64,000 bases of DNA, from the NCBI RefSeq assembly GCF_963921235.1, contig NC_086097.1, positions 236,904,001-236,968,000 on the forward strand, written 5' to 3'. The notes under the pieces were generated by a model that was given only the letters and a program-made list of their open reading frames with translations, did not search any database and was not told where the DNA came from. Shown one piece after another: positions 1-14,107 of the stretch. The position numbers were made by a program, and so were the translations under genes. Numbering within the stretch: the stretch's first letter is position 1; every line of letters starts with the position of its first letter. The DNA is from Mobula hypostoma (Eukaryota).

Positions 1-320
1 CCTGCAATACTCCTATGTATACACCTCAGAAGATTTTAGCACCACTCACAACTTTTCTATTAGCGGATTTGCTTGAACTTTTAACATCATTTATTTTCAC
101 CCCAGCCACACTGTCAGCTCTGGCACTTTGGTTCCCATCCCCTTGCAAATCTAGTTTAAAGCCTCCCCAATAGCACTAACTAACCTCCCTGAAAGGATAT
201 TGGTCCCCCTGTAGTTCAAGTGTAACCCGTCTCTCTTGTACAGGTCCCACCTGCCCCAGAAGAGGTCCTAATGATCCTGAAATCTGAAACCCTGCCCCTT
301 ACACCAGTTCCTCAGCCACT
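1..320 (-). mobile_element. CR1 LINE fragment (ORF1 esterase C-terminus and ORF2 start)
   Basis: Minus translation WLRNWCKGQGFRFQDH*DLFWGRWDLYKRDGLHLN. Bases 1-120 resemble 6843-6960. Confidence 0.85.
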
Positions 321-1139
321 CATCAGTTAATCATTCTACTGATGAGCCCCGGAATGGGTTTTTCATGCTCTCTGCCAAATGGGAATGAATCCTAAGTTAG
401 AGACAGAAACACTGGAACATTGTGCTGCTCATAAAATGGTTTTGCTTTCCTGATATATGCACTATCACCTATTATCTTCCTAAGATAACCCTGACTTTTT
501 TCTTATAGTGTATTATTATTCTGAACAGCTTTCATCCTTTGAAGAAATAATCATCACTGTAAGTCTCACCCTTCGGTATAATTGCATGACTTTATAATGT
601 CATGTGATAAACATCAATTAATACAAATCGGAGTGTATATGGTAACACATATGTACTTTGATAATAAATTTACTTTGAACTTTGAAAGAATAGTTTAATT
701 CCTGTAGGAGCCATGTACCTGTTTTCTATCTGCTTTGTATTCTGTGTTAGACCATAAGATCTAGGAGCAGAATTACGCCATTTAGCCCACAGAAATCTCA
801 AAATTCTGATTTGGAGTAAGGTTAAAAGTGATGTAGATATCTGGATGAAAACCAGTCAATGAAATGGAACCAAGTTATTTCACTACCTATTTCCTGTAGA
901 GAAATTAAGCTCTGTTTACATTCTTGCTGTAAGGGTATTATACTGAGGAAATTCTAGACTACACTCAAGCATTTGTACTTTTAGCCTCTAAGAATCCAGG
1001 GGAAAACAGGCCAGGTGAGACCCCATGTGCAATCATACAGAAACCTATAGGTGGACCCAGATCTTGCTGGAAGGGCAATGATTAACCAGTAATATCTTTT
1101 TTGAGCTATTATGCAGTTAGAACACTAATGCCTTTGAGC

Positions 1140-1605
1140 GGAAAATCCTATAAAAAATAATGGATTCGGCCCAGTACATTGGGGGTAAAACCACATCTAC
1201 ATGAAACATTGCCGTAGAAAAGCAGCATCCGTCTCCAAAGATCCTCACCACTCAGGCCATGTTCTTTTCTTGTTTCTGCCATCAGGAAGAAGGTACAAGA
1301 GTCTCAGGGCTCGCACCACCAGGTTCAAAACCAGTTACTACCCCTCAACCATCAAACTCTTGAACAAAAGGGGATATCTACGCTCATTCTATTTCAACAA
1401 TCAATGGTCTCATTTTAAGGGTTCTTTATCTTGCTACTTCATACTCACTATTTATTGCTATGTATTACATTTGCATTTGGACAGTTTGTTGTTCATTGAT
1501 CCTGTTAAACAGTTACTGTTCTGAGTATGCCTTCAGGAAAAAGCATGTCAGGGCTGTATGTGGTGACATGTATATATTCTGATAATAAATTTTACTTTGA
1601 ACTTT
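1140..1605 (+). mobile_element. Rex1/Rex-Babar-type LINE 3' end
   Basis: ORF 1201-1524 contains LPSGRRYKSLRARTTRFKTSYYP. Tail ataataaattttactttgaactt; a similar tail lies at about 635-687. Confidence 0.75.
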
Positions 1606-2472
1606 TGCTTACTTGGAGTTACATTATTTACAAGCATAACGAGCCTTCTTTTGCCTCCAGTGAAGCAGCTGTATGCTGAACAGTCAGATTGGTGTAGATT
1701 CCATGGATTGATCAGATAAGTTCACACCTCAAGCATGTTAACAGCTCCATGCCTGGGACTTGAGACTGTCTGAGCATCAGCTATTATGGACAAGACATCA
1801 TAATTCCACAAGAATCACAGGGATCAGTGTTATTTGCCAGATATATTTGCACATTCTGCTCTAGTCTTATAGTATTAGGAATTTGCTGTGATGTGTTGGC
1901 TTTACATGCTGCAATAAAAACATCTTTTAAAAATTACCCTATTGCAAGCAAAGATAAACATGTTGCTTTATTTTATTTCCAGAGCAGGTCCCCAATTCAT
2001 TTTATTTTCTCAGAATTGTTCACGTGATCTGAACAATTCCTTTGCCCACTAGGAACCTAGGAAAACACAACAGATGAATCACACAGCCGATTTATAAATT
2101 CAAGGCGATGAAGAGAGAAAGAACAGGAAGAGTTTGAAATTCATTTTATACGCTGTACACTGCTGTCTTGTTATTAACTGCAGCAACAGTAGTGGCTACT
2201 AGCCGACCGTGCCTGATACGTCTGGTCTAATTGGCAGTACTAAAAACTTTGTGGGTTTTCTGACAACATTCAGGCAGATTGATGCCATGGATTTGTTTTT
2301 CCTTTACAGTGTATTTTTAGTCAGTGGCTAACTGATTTTCCTTACTCTGTCTTTTAACATTATCAGCTTTGCTTTCACAAATTATCAAAATGTTTAAGAT
2401 TGTATGTTTTTTTTATCAACAGAAGCAGATTACCTCACTAAATATAAATAAAGCAGTCATTTTCATTAGACG

Positions 2473-2593
2473 AGCAACACACACAAAATGCTGGTGGAAC
2501 GCAGCAGGCCAGGCAGCATCCATAGGAAGAAGCACAGTCGACGCTTCAGGCCGAGACCCTTTGTCAGGACTAACTGAAACAAGAGATTTATTA
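2473..2593 (-). mobile_element. Short Penelope-like pLTR derivative with degenerate hammerhead
   Basis: Similar to 17760-17870. Flanked by the 10-bp direct repeat tcattagacg (2463-2472 / 2594-2603). Confidence 0.8.
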
Positions 2594-2894
2594 TCATTAG
2601 ACGTCTAGCTTCTGAATCATCCATTTTCTGTGTTGTTTTTGCCCATGTTCCTTTCAGAAAGGATTATAGTTCACAGGTAGTAATCAACCTGCAGTACTTC
2701 TTTCCTCTCTCTTTACCTAATTGCCAAGGATCTTACAATTTATTTTAATATATCTTCTTAGCTAATCCCATGATCTACTTCATCCCTCTTTTTTAGCCAT
2801 TGCTTACTGGTCTCTAAGTTCCTCCCAATCCTCTGGCCTCCCACTAATGGTCACAACACTCGGAGCTTTCAGCAACTTCCATCCTTACCAGGAG

Positions 2895-3860
2895 GATGTC
2901 AGAGGGAGTTGTTTTTTTTTACAGAGAGTCGTGAGTGCAGCGCTGGGGCGGTGGGAGAGGCCGATACATTAGGGACATTTAAGAGCCTCTTAGATAGTCA
3001 CATGGATGAAAGAAGAGTCGAGAGCTATGTGGGAGGAAAGGGTCAGATTGTTTATGGAGTAGGTCAAAGGGTCGACATAATACTGCTGGCTAAAGAACCT
3101 TCACTGTGCTGTACTGCGTTATGCTCTGCAGTGAAAAAGGGACCATGACACGACTTTAGCAAGCAGAATTAAAAAGTATTATAAGCACTTTCAAAAGTAT
3201 GTTAGGAGCAAAATGATACCTAAGGAAAAAATTGTCCTCTCAAAGGCCAAAGGGAGAGTCAATACATGGAGCCAGGGGATATGAACGTAAGAACATAGGA
3301 AATAGGATCAGGAGTAGGCCTTCTGGCCTGTCGAGCCTGCTCCGCCATTCAATAAAATCACGGCTAATTGGACCATGGACTCATCTCCACCTATCTGCCT
3401 TTTTCCCCATAACTCTTAATTCCTCTATTATGCAAAATTCTATCCAAACTTAAAAAGATTTTAAGAGAACATTTTTCATCACTATCCTCCAACAAGAAGG
3501 ATGTGGAGCTTGGAGAGTTACAAATGACGCACACTGACACTCTGGAGCATGTCTTTATCTTTATTAGAAATGTTGCAGCACATTACGGTGGATAAATTCT
3601 CAGCATCTGACAGGATCTGTCTCAGGATGCTAAGGGAATCAAGGGAGGAAATTGCTGTGGCTCTTACAGAGAATTTGATATCTTTGATAAGCACAAGCGA
3701 GGAGGAACGAGAAACTGTAAGGACAGCTAATGCTGCCGCCTTCTTGTAAGGAGCCAGTCAGGGTAAGCCTGAGTTATAGGCTAGTGTGCATTACAGCAGT
3801 GGTCAGGAAGTTGTTGGACAAATATCCGAAGAACAGGATTTAAGTTCACTATCAGGACTG
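2895..3860. mobile_element. Cluster of old CR1 fragments (3' tail + at ~2895-3130, 3' tail - at ~3285-3450, ORF2 piece + at ~3480-3860)
   Basis: Similarity to CR1 tails and RT-proximal regions elsewhere in the window. Confidence 0.6.
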
Positions 3861-4003
3861 ATAAAAGCTTGAAATCAAACATGTTTTAGGTTGCTGATGA
3901 GTTGTGAAGAAAATAAAGGTGATGTTATGGAAATTCAAAATATGTTTATTGTCAAGGTATGTATGCAGTACACAAATCTAAGATTTGTCTTCCCACACAC
4001 AGC

Positions 4004-6961
4004 CATAGAGACCGTAGAAACTACAGCACAGAAACAGGCCTTTTGGCCCTTCTTGGCTGTGCCGAACCATTTTCTGCCTAGTCCCACTGACCTGCACACG
4101 GACCATATCCCTCCATACACCTCCCATCCATGTATCTGTCCAATTTATTCTTAAATGTTAAAAAAGAACCCGCATTTACCACCTCGTCTGGCAGCGCATT
4201 CCATACTCCCACCACTCTCTGTGTGAAGAAGCCCCCCACAATGTCCCTTTAAACTTTTCCCCCCTCACCCTTAACCCATGTCCTCTGGTTTTTTTCTCCC
4301 CTTGCCTCAGTGGAAAAAGCCTGCTTGCATTCACTCTATCTATACCCATCATAATTTTATATACCTCTATCAAATCTCCCCTCATTCTTCTACACTCCAG
4401 GGAATAAATTCCTAACCTATCAACTTTTCTCTGTAACTGAGTTTCTCAAGTCCCGGCAACATCCTTGTAAACCTTCTCTGCACTGTTTCAATCTTATTTA
4501 TATTCTTCCTGTAATTTGCTGACCAAAACTGAACACAATACTCCAGATTCAGCCTCACCATTGCCTTATACAACCTCATCATAACATTCCAGCTCTTATA
4601 CTCAATACTTTGATTAATAAAGGCCAATGTACCAAAAGCTCTCTTTACGACCCTATCTACCTGTGACGCTACTTTTAGGGAATTTTGTATATGTATTCCC
4701 AGATCCCTCTGTTCCACTGCACTCCTCAGTGCCTTACCATTAACCCTGTATGTTCTACCTTGGTTTGTCCTTCCAACGTGCAATACCTCACACTTATCTG
4801 TATTAAACTCCACGTGCCATTTTTCAGCCCATTTTTCCAGCTGGTCCAAGTCCCTCTGCAGGCTCTGAAAACCTTCCTCACTGTCTACTACACCTCCAAT
4901 CTTTGTATCATCAGCAAATTTGCTGATCCAATTTACCACATTATCTTCCAGATCATTGATATAGATGACAAAAAACAATGGACCCAGCACTGATCCCTGT
5001 GGCACACCACTAGTCACAGGCCTCCACTCGGAGAAGCAATTCTCTACTACCACTCTTTGGCTTCTTCCATTGAGCCAATATCTAATCCAATTTACCACCT
5101 CTCCATGTATACCCAGCGACTGAATTTTCCTAACTAACCTCCCATGTGGGACCTTGTCAAAGGCCTTACTGAAGTCCATGTAGACAATATCCACTGCCTT
5201 CCCTTCATCCACTTTCCTCGAAAAATTCCTCGAAAAACTCCAATAGATTGGTCAAACATGACATACCACACACAAAGCCATGTTGACTCTCCCTAATAAG
5301 TCCCTGTCTATCCAAATGCTTATAGATTCTGTCTCTTAGTACTCCCTCCAATAACTTACCTACTACCGACGTTAAACTTACTGGCCTATAATTTCCCGGA
5401 TTACTTTTCGATCCTTTTTTAAACAACGTAAGCCACTCTCCAATCCTCTGGCACCTCACCTGTAGACAGCGACATTTTAAATATTTCTGCCAGGGCCCCT
5501 GCAATTTCAACACTAGTCTCCTTCAAGGTCCGAGGGAACACCCTGTCAGGTCCCGGGGATATATGCACTTTAATTTTCCTCAAGACAGCAAGGACCTCCT
5601 CCTTTTCAATCTGTATAGTTTCCAAGATCTCACTACTTGTTTCCCTTAATTCCATAGACTTCATGCCAGTTTCCTTAGTAAATACAGAAGCAAAAAAGCT
5701 ATTTAAGATCTCCCTCATTTCCTTTTGTTCCGCACATAGCCGACCACTCTGATCTTCAAGAGGACCAATTTTATCCCTTACAATCCTTTTGCTCTTGATA
5801 TACCTGTAAAAGCTCTTTGGATTATCCTTCTCTTTGACTGCCAAGGCAACCTCATGTCTTCTTTTAGCCCTCCTGATCTCTTTCTTAAGTATTTTCTTGC
5901 ACTTCTTATACACCTCAAGCACCTTATTTACTCCCTGTTTCCTATATATGTCATACAACTCTCTCTTCTTCTTTATTAGAGTTGCAATATCCCTTGAGAA
6001 CCAAGGTTCCTTATTCCTATTCACTTTGCCTTTAATCCTGACAGGAACATACAAATTCTGCACTCTCAAAATTTCACCTTTGAAGGCTTCCCACCTACTG
6101 ATCACATCCTTGCCAGAGAACAACCTGTCCCAATCCACGCTTTTTAGATCCTTTCTCATTTCTTCAAATTTGGCCTTCTTCCAGTTAAGAACCTCAACCC
6201 TAGGACCAGCTCTATCCTTGTCCACGATCAAGTTGAAACTAATGGTGTTATGATCACTGGAACCAAAGTGCTCCCCTACACAGACTTCTGTCACTTGCCC
6301 CTAATTCGTTTCCTAACAGGAGATCCAATACTGCATTCCCTCTAGTTGGTCCCTCTATATATTGATTTAGAAAACTTTCCTGAACACATTTTACAAACTC
6401 TAAACCATCTAGACCCCTAACAGTATGGGAGTCCCAATCAATGTATGGAAAATTAAAATCCCCTACCACCACAAATTTATGTTTCCTGCAGTTGCCTGCT
6501 ATCTCTCTGCTGATTTGCTCTTCCAATTCTCGTTGACTATTGGGTGATCTGTAATACAATCCCACTAATGTGGCCATACCTTTCCTGTTTCTCAGCTCCA
6601 CCCATAAGGACTCAGTAGACAAGCCCTCTAATCTGTCCTGCTTGAGCACTGCTGTAATATTTTCCCTAACAAGCAAGGCTACTGCCCCATCTTTCATTCC
6701 TCAGCCTCGATCACATCTGAAACATCGGAACCCTGGAATATTAAGCTGCCAGTCCTGCCCCTCCTGTAGCCAAGTTTCACTAATTGCTACAACATCATAA
6801 TTCCACGTGTCAATCCACGCCCTCAACTCATCCACCTTCCCCGCAATACTCCTAGCATTAAAATGCATACATCTCACAAGATTTTTACCACCACTCACAA
6901 CCTTTCTATTGCTTGAACTTATAACATCATTTATTTTCACCCCAGCCACACTGTCAGCCAC
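4004..6961 (-). mobile_element. CR1 LINE, ORF2 (APE endonuclease + RT) broken by frameshifts, 5'-truncated
   Basis: Consecutive ORFs 6961-6701 (NARSI..VAISETWL), 6697-6254 (VVGDFN), 6294-5419 (SSDHN), 5513-5205, 5212-4412 (DFSKAFD, GVPQGS, KFADD) and 4385-4176. 3' tail near 4004-4040. Confidence 0.95.
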
Positions 6962-7004
6962 GAAACAAAGTCATTGAGTGGAGATCAAGAAACTCTGCCT
7001 GACA

Positions 7005-7175
7005 CTGTTTGTGAACCTGCTAACTGTGGGAGGAATCTGGAGCACCTGGAGGAAACCAATGTTGTCACAAGAAGAACACACAACTTCCTTATGAATGGTG
7101 CCAAATATGAACTCTGAACTCAGACAGCCCAATCTGTAATAGTGACCCACTAACTGCTAAGCTACAGTGATGCCC
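7005..7175 (-). mobile_element. V-SINE/HE1-like tRNA-derived SINE (degenerate)
   Basis: Reverse complement of the V-core ...ggtttcctccaggtgctccagattcctcccacag, plus a tRNA-like head. Confidence 0.65.
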
Positions 7176-7409
7176 CAATGATTATCTCTGAGAACTGTAA
7201 TGTTCCAAGTGGATGGTGAGATGCTGCCCTTCAAGACTACATTGTGATGAAACTGTACGGGGGAAAAGAATGATAAGTCAGTAAAGAAATGGTGTGGAAA
7301 ATGAAAACAACAGGAGGCTGAAAGCTTTGGATTCCATGAGGCAGTGAGTGGAAAAGTCAACTGATCTCTGTTATTGGTTTCTCCAATACTGATGAGCCAA
7401 CAACATGAG

Positions 7410-10400
7410 CACCAAGTTCGAAGTTCAAAGGTCATTGTTCAAAGTAAATTTATCATTAAAGTATGCATATGTCACCAAATATTACCCGGAGATTCCATTT
7501 TTGCAGGCATTTGGAGTAACGCAAAGAAATACATACAACAGAATCAATGAAAAGCTACAAGCAAAGACTGACAAACAGCCAATATGCAAAAGAAGACAAA
7601 TTGTGTAAATAGAAAAGAAAAACAATAAATAAATAATGAGAACATGAGTTGTACAGTCATTGAAAGTGAGTCTCTAGGTTATGGAATCAGTTCAGTTTTG
7701 AGGTGAGTGAAGTTATCCACACTGGTTCAGGAGCTGGATGATTGAAGGGTAGTAAAGGCTTCATGAGCCTCCTGGTATTGGGCCTAAGACTCCTGTGCCT
7801 CCTTCCTAATGGCAGCAGCAAGGAGAGAGTGTGTTGTCTGTGCACAACTACATATCGAGTAAATAAAAGCACGCATGTGGGAGAATGCTTTAACTGGTGT
7901 ATTCACGTAGCAGCGAGAGAGAACAATTCAGGTGTAGACAACAGATCAATACATAGTGCTGTGGGGGGTCATTACTCTAGAAGGAATAGATCCATATATT
8001 ACACTTCCTCCCCCTTTAGATTAATACAACATAAAACTGTAAATGTACAAAACATTCAATTTCCCTTTCATAAACACATATTCCAAATAAATATGTTTTC
8101 ACAATAACAGTCCATAACTAACTTCACAGTTCCAAAGGTTCAGTCTTTTAGGTGGTGCTCTGTTTCTTTCAGCTGCCTCTGAGCCTGTGGAGTGGCATCA
8201 GGTTTGGCTTGTGTCTTATCAACGATAACGTTCTTGCCACGCCTTTGGACCTGTGGAGTGGCATCGGGTTTGGTTGGTGTCTTGTCCAAGACAATGTTCT
8301 CAGTTTCCCGAGTCACATTGCTGTCAGTAACATGATCATCACTGAGAGGTAAGTGTGGTGACTGTAATGTATTCATCTTGTTGGATGCAATTGACTCAGG
8401 TGTGTTTTTCAATTGACATCCAGTATCTGGTCCACATGATGTCTCCTTGTCTGATCTCCAACATCCACTGTGTACATTGGTGGTCCAGTTCTTGTAGCTA
8501 TCCTACCAGGTGTCTACTTGTCTTCTTGATAATCTTGTGCTAAGACTTCTTGTCCAATCTCAAAGTTCCTTGCTGCTTCACTTGGCAAATGGCCAGACTG
8601 TTTATTCTGTACTTCCCTCTGGGTGCCTGGATTCAGGAGGTCTATGTGAGATCTCAGATTACTGCTTTGCAGATATTTGATTTGTCATCACATGAACAGA
8701 GTTCTGATACACAAAAATGAAGTTATCCACATTCTGCTGTAGAGAAATGTTGTCCATGTCAATCACGTTAATGCACTTCTTGAAGGCTTGGATAAACCTT
8801 TCAGCTAATCCATTCATTGCTGGTTGGTGAGGAATGACTTGAAATGTCTGATGCTATTTTTCTTCATGGCCAGTCGGAATTCTTCTGACATGCATTGTGG
8901 TCCATTGTCTCTCACAATTTGTTCGGGTAAGCTCTTTCTGGTGAATATAGTCCTCAGAGTGGAGACAGTCTTTGCTGATGTGGTTGACTTCATTGGTAAA
9001 ACCTCTGGCCATTTGGAATGAGCATCCACAGTAATCAGAAACATGGAGTTCATGAATGACCCAGCAAAGACAATATGTACTCTTTGACATGGTGAAGCTA
9101 GCCACTCCCATGGGTTTAATGCTGCCTGTGGGGGAGCATTTTGAATTTTTTGGCATCCCAATAGCTTTTGGCCAAGTCTTTGATTTGCTTATCTATTCCC
9201 TTCTCAAAAACCTTCTCATTGGCATTAAGCAGCTGTGACAGTCACTGGTTAGTGCTACCATTTGGGCTGCAGTTGCCTGTTGATGCCACACTGAGAGCTT
9301 TGATTTTTCTTAACTATTCATGTCTAGTTGGATTTTTCTCAAATATTAAATCTGAAAAGTACTGGACCTCTACTTTTCAATACATAAAGCTCTAACTGCT
9401 GTGTTTGGGCTCTGTACGTCACACTTCCTTTCAGTTTGCCTTTTGGGGACATTTTTTCATTGTAGGTCTCTAGCATCACTAAGGTCTTCTCTAATGGTAT
9501 CTTAGAAAACATTCTGTTGTAGTCAGCCTCTGGAATAATAGACAAAGCTGATCCTGTGTCCAGTTTCATTTTCAGTTTTACACAAGACACCCCTCTATTG
9601 TGATCCATATTATTTTGCGATCTGCTTCAGTAATGTTATGCAGTTCTATGCATGATAGCTCACCTTTGTCAGACTCTATGTTGTCTGATCTGCTTTACAT
9701 TCGGTAACTTTATGCATTTGTATAGTTTTTTTTTGAGACTTTTCACTCGGTTGTTTTTTGCTTGCCTTGCACATTCTATGAAATCTTGCCTGTGACACTT
9801 TCTGTAGAGTTTTTCTTTGAACCAACAGTCATTTGCATCATGGGAGGATTTGACACATCAATATCACCTTTGACTTTTTGCACCACTCAGGGACATTTTG
9901 TGCATTTCACATTTTAACCTCTTTTTCTGTAGTTCTGCTGCATCCTTTGCTGCAATCTCTAATGATATTGCAATGGTCAATTCCCATTCTAAAGCTAGAT
10001 CTCTTTTGAACAGTAGCCTCTTTTGAGTGCTTTGACTATGTATGCCACATACAAGCAATGCATTAGAAAGTCCATCTCTAAAGTCACAGTATTGGGAAAG
10101 TTTGTGCAGTTTTGCAAAGTATTCAGAAATGCTTTCATCCTTGCCTGGTTCCTTTTGTAAAATATAAATCTTTGAGCTATTACTAGTGGTTTAGGGCTCA
10201 AGTAATTTTGTAAAATTGTAACAATTTCATCGAACAGCTTGCTTGCTAGTTTTGCAGGGGTTACTAAGTTGCATAAGAGACTGTACTTTCCTAGGCTCAT
10301 TAAGGTAAGAAGCATTTCTTTTCCTCCTCCATGTTACCTGTGTTACAATACAGTTCCACCCTCTCAATATACGACTCCCAGCCTTCATTAGTACTATCAA

Positions 10401-10915
10401 ATTGACCAAATTTCACAACTGAAGCCATCTGATCAAATTTCGCAACTGAAGTTACTTTCAGTGCGTCTTTCACTATTACTATGTACTGTACTCACGCCTT
10501 TGTTAGCATCCATGATGGCTTCATTGTGCAGTTTAACTCTTGCTGTTTTGTCCCGTTTCTGACAGTGCAATTCATGATATCGTCTGACATTCAGGTTGGT
10601 ACTAGTTGTCAATATGTTGTGTCTGTGCAAAACTAAGGATCGATTAAATGAAAGCACGCATGCGGGAGATGGCTTTAACGGGTGCATTCAGATTACAGCG
10701 AGAGAGAGAGAGAGAGAACAATGCACATGCCTAAAAACAGGTCAATACATAGTGCTAAGGCTGGGGGGGGGGGGTCAATCCTGTAAAAGAAATAGATCCT
10801 TATATTACAGACAATATGGCCAATGTGTTGGGTTTCCTTGATAATTGATGCTGCTTTCTTGTTGTAGCTTTCCTTGTAGATGTGTGGGGATGGCTTTTTT
10901 AGTGGACTGTGATAC
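7410..10915 (-). mobile_element. Rex1-type fragment split by a Gypsy insertion (7410-7829 and 10810-10915)
   Basis: LLPLGRRHRSLRPNTRRL on the left and KKAASIIKE on the right of the provirus. Confidence 0.65.
7830..10809 (-). mobile_element. Gypsy LTR retrotransposon, internally deleted (gag, protease, integrase; no RT/RNase H seen)
   Basis: Related LTRs at ~7830-8003 and 10615-10809, both starting TGTAATATA on the minus strand. PPT aaagggggaggaag lies next to 8003. gag remnants 10400-9700, protease LDTGS in ORF 9339-9608, integrase VDAHSKWPEV..DNGPQ in ORF 8814-9161. Confidence 0.9.
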
Positions 10916-11775
10916 ACCAAAGGAATGACGTGAGATTGTAAGTGCAGCTAAAGGTCAGCTGATCCTTTGAAAGAACAAACTCAGCCAAAGGAGGGAGGGT
11001 GTACTGAAAGGGAGGGTGTTGTGCCTTCTTTCTATCTTGATATGGACAGTCATGTAGACAGATTAGATTTCTATAGCGAAAATGAGCCAGAAAACAGACA
11101 TCACAATGTATGCGGAAAGGAAATGGACAAGAGGAAAATGGAAGAAGAGAAATCTTATAATCGATGTAGAAGAATTAGGTTCTAATTGACAAGGAAAATC
11201 TGAAACAGTGATTAATTGAGGATCCAAGTAGAAGCAGCCTATATGTAATTATGAGCTGTACAGATATGGAAAGAAGATCCAAAGAGGAAAAGATTATCAT
11301 TAACTTTTATTCTTAACTTTTCATCAATTTGGCCAGTCCATGTAACCGAGCTCTCCTCTGCTTTTATATTTTTATTATTGTCTTTATTTAGGTTTGAGTC
11401 ATTAATTTCAGACTAATGTTTCTCATTTTCAAATGGCATATGAACTTCTATCAAATTATGTTCGCACTTCCCAGAGGAACATTTACTATATGATCATTAA
11501 TTAATCTTCTCTCTTTAGATATGGCCGAATTGAAAAAAGCTGGTTCCAAATTGGTTCTGCAAAATATTGAAGCTTTTTCTAAGAAACTATACAAAACTAT
11601 GAGGGGTATAGATAGAGCAAATGCAAGAAGGCTTTTTTTTTTCCCACTGAGGTTGGGTGATACTCAAGAGGTCATGGGTTAAGAGTGAAAAGGGAAATGC
11701 ATGAGGATTTTGATAAGAGAGGAGAGTGGACCATGGGAGAAAAGGAAAGGTGAGGGGTAACAGAGCAAGAATTAA

Positions 11776-12614
11776 TCTGCTAATCAAATTTGCTGAAGAC
11801 ACTACATTGATTGGCCTTATCTCAAACTATAATCAGGTAGCCTACAGGGAAGAAGTCATCTCTCTGACACAGTGGCGTCAAGAAAACAACTTCTCCCTCA
11901 GTGTCGCAGAAAGAAAGGAGCTGGTTGTGGATTACAGGAGAATTGGAGACGGGCTAATCCCTATTGACATTAATGGATCTGGGGTTGAGAGTGCAAATAG
12001 CTTTAAATTCCTCGGCATCCGCATCACCGAGGACCTCATGTGGTCTGTACACACCAGCTGTATGGTGGAAAAGGTACAACAGTGCCTCTTTCACCTCAGA
12101 TGGTTGAGGAAGTTTGGTATAGGTCCCCAAATCCTAAAAGCTTCTACAGGGGCTCAACTGAGAGCATCCTGACTGACTGCATCACTGCCTGGTATGGGAA
12201 CTGTACTTCCCTTAATCGCAGGACTCTGTAGGGAGTGGTGCGGACAGCCCAGCACATCAGTAATTGTGAACTTTCCATGATTCAGGACACTTACAAGGTC
12301 AGGTGTGTAAAAAGGGCTCATAGGATTATTGGGGACCCAAGTCATCCTAACCATAAACTATTCCAGCTGCTACCATCCGGGAAGTGGTACCGCAGCATAA
12401 AAGTCAGGACCAACAGGTTCCAGGACAGCTTCTTCCACCAGGTCATCAGACTGACGAACTCACTCTGACTTGAGTGTACTCTGTATTACATTAACTGTTC
12501 TATTTATAATAAATTACTATGATTGCACATTGCACATTTAGTTGGAGATGTAACATGAAGATTTTTACTCCTCACGTATGTGAAGGATGTAAGAAATAAA
12601 GTCAATTCAATTCA
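11776..12614 (+). mobile_element. Rex1-type LINE 3' part (RT C-terminus to tail)
   Basis: IKFAEDTTLIGLI...FKFLGI...LLPSGKWYRSIKVRTNRFQDSFF. Tail aataaagtcaattcaattca. Confidence 0.9.
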
Positions 12615-13864
12615 TGACAGGTCAATGAGGAGAAGAGAACTGGTCAGAGGGGACCCAGAATGAGGAATAGAAAAAGAGAAGGAAGGAAGGGGAGAAATTA
12701 CCAGAAGTTCCCAGGAAGGACAGGCGGCCATGCTAGCAAGTCAGTGCGAGTACATGATTGAAGAGTCAGAGGACAGCAGAGATTACAAAGGGGGAGCAGT
12801 GAGAGATGATCTCACTGAACTCCTGTGGAAGAGAAAATTTCCACATGCACTGATAAGCCTCTCCTTTCTTTCTCATGCTGTCACACCCCAAATATCTTTT
12901 TCCTAACCTATACTTTTCTTTTACTGTGACTTCCTAAATTAACCTGGAATTGAATATTCCTTCCTACTTTTTGCTTTGAAGCCTTACCTACAGCCAAAGG
13001 TGTTCAATTCATCAGGATATTCATCTCCACCTGACTGAAGTGAAGCCCATCCTAATCAGAATAGTTCCCCCTTTCCCTGATGTGATGACAGTGCCCAACA
13101 AACTCAAACTCATTCTCCTACAGTAGTCTTTGAACCACACTTTCAATTATCTGAATTTTTCACCCCATGATAATCTACAATTTTATTCAAGACCCGCATT
13201 TAGAATACTTACGAATGACTTGCAACCCATCCTATTTTGCAAGCGAGTTTTTGCAAAATACCCATAGAAAAACAATTCCAATCAAATGCTGATGGACATC
13301 TCAATTTTGAAGTCTACTTTTCCCAAACCCCATTTTCCTTTCCAACAGGATTATCTGGATGCCAATGCCCAGGAGGTAGGCTACATGTATTTTGTTTCTT
13401 CGGTGAAGCAGTGAATGTGTGACACACATCAGCAGATCAGAGCAGACGTCTGGCTGAAGCCCAAAGATTACTAGAAGTGTTTGACCTAATTTGAAAGGAA
13501 GTTAGTGGAACATCACATGATCCTGTCATCTAGGTTACCTACATATAGAGTTAAAGGAAATATCTACCATGAGACCTTAGTCCATGGGGGAACGAGGAGA
13601 TGATAGACAGGAGCCACAGAGTTGCAAGAGACAGGAAACTGGGTGACTGTCAGGAGAAGGAGGGGAAAAGCACAGCCAGTGCAGAGCGAACCTGTGGCTG
13701 TACCCCTCATTCATAAGTACATAACTTTAGATACTATTGAAGGGGGACAACCTACTGGGGTGAGCAACAGTGACTGGGTCTCCAGCACTGAGTCTGGTGC
13801 TGTGGTTCAGAAGAGCAGAGAGGTGAAAAGGATTGCAGTGTTGATAGGAGATTCTGTAGTCAGA

Positions 13865-14107
13865 AAGAATCGTGTTGGGCACGTGGCCAAGTGGTTAAGG
13901 CGTTCCTCTAGTTATCTCAAGGTCGCTAGTTTGAGCCTCAGCTGTGGCAACGTGTTTGTGCCCTTCAGCAAGGCACTGAATCACACATTGCTCTAGTCTG
14001 TGTGAGGAGTGGCGCCCCACATAGACTTCCAATCTACACCTTGTAAGGCATGAAAATGTCTGACACAGGCCTCTCATGGTCTGAATTGATGTTCCCCCCT
14101 CCCCCTT
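13865..14107 (+). mobile_element. tRNA-derived SINE with CORE-like segment
   Basis: A box tggccaagtgg, B-box-like agtttgagcc, CORE-like gtgcccttcagcaaggcactgaa. TSD tagtcaga at 13857-13864 / 14108-14115, splitting CR1 ORF1. Confidence 0.8.

Noticed and set aside
13877..13950. tRNA-like sequence
   Set aside because: It is the head of a TSD-flanked SINE with a degenerate cloverleaf, not a tRNA gene.
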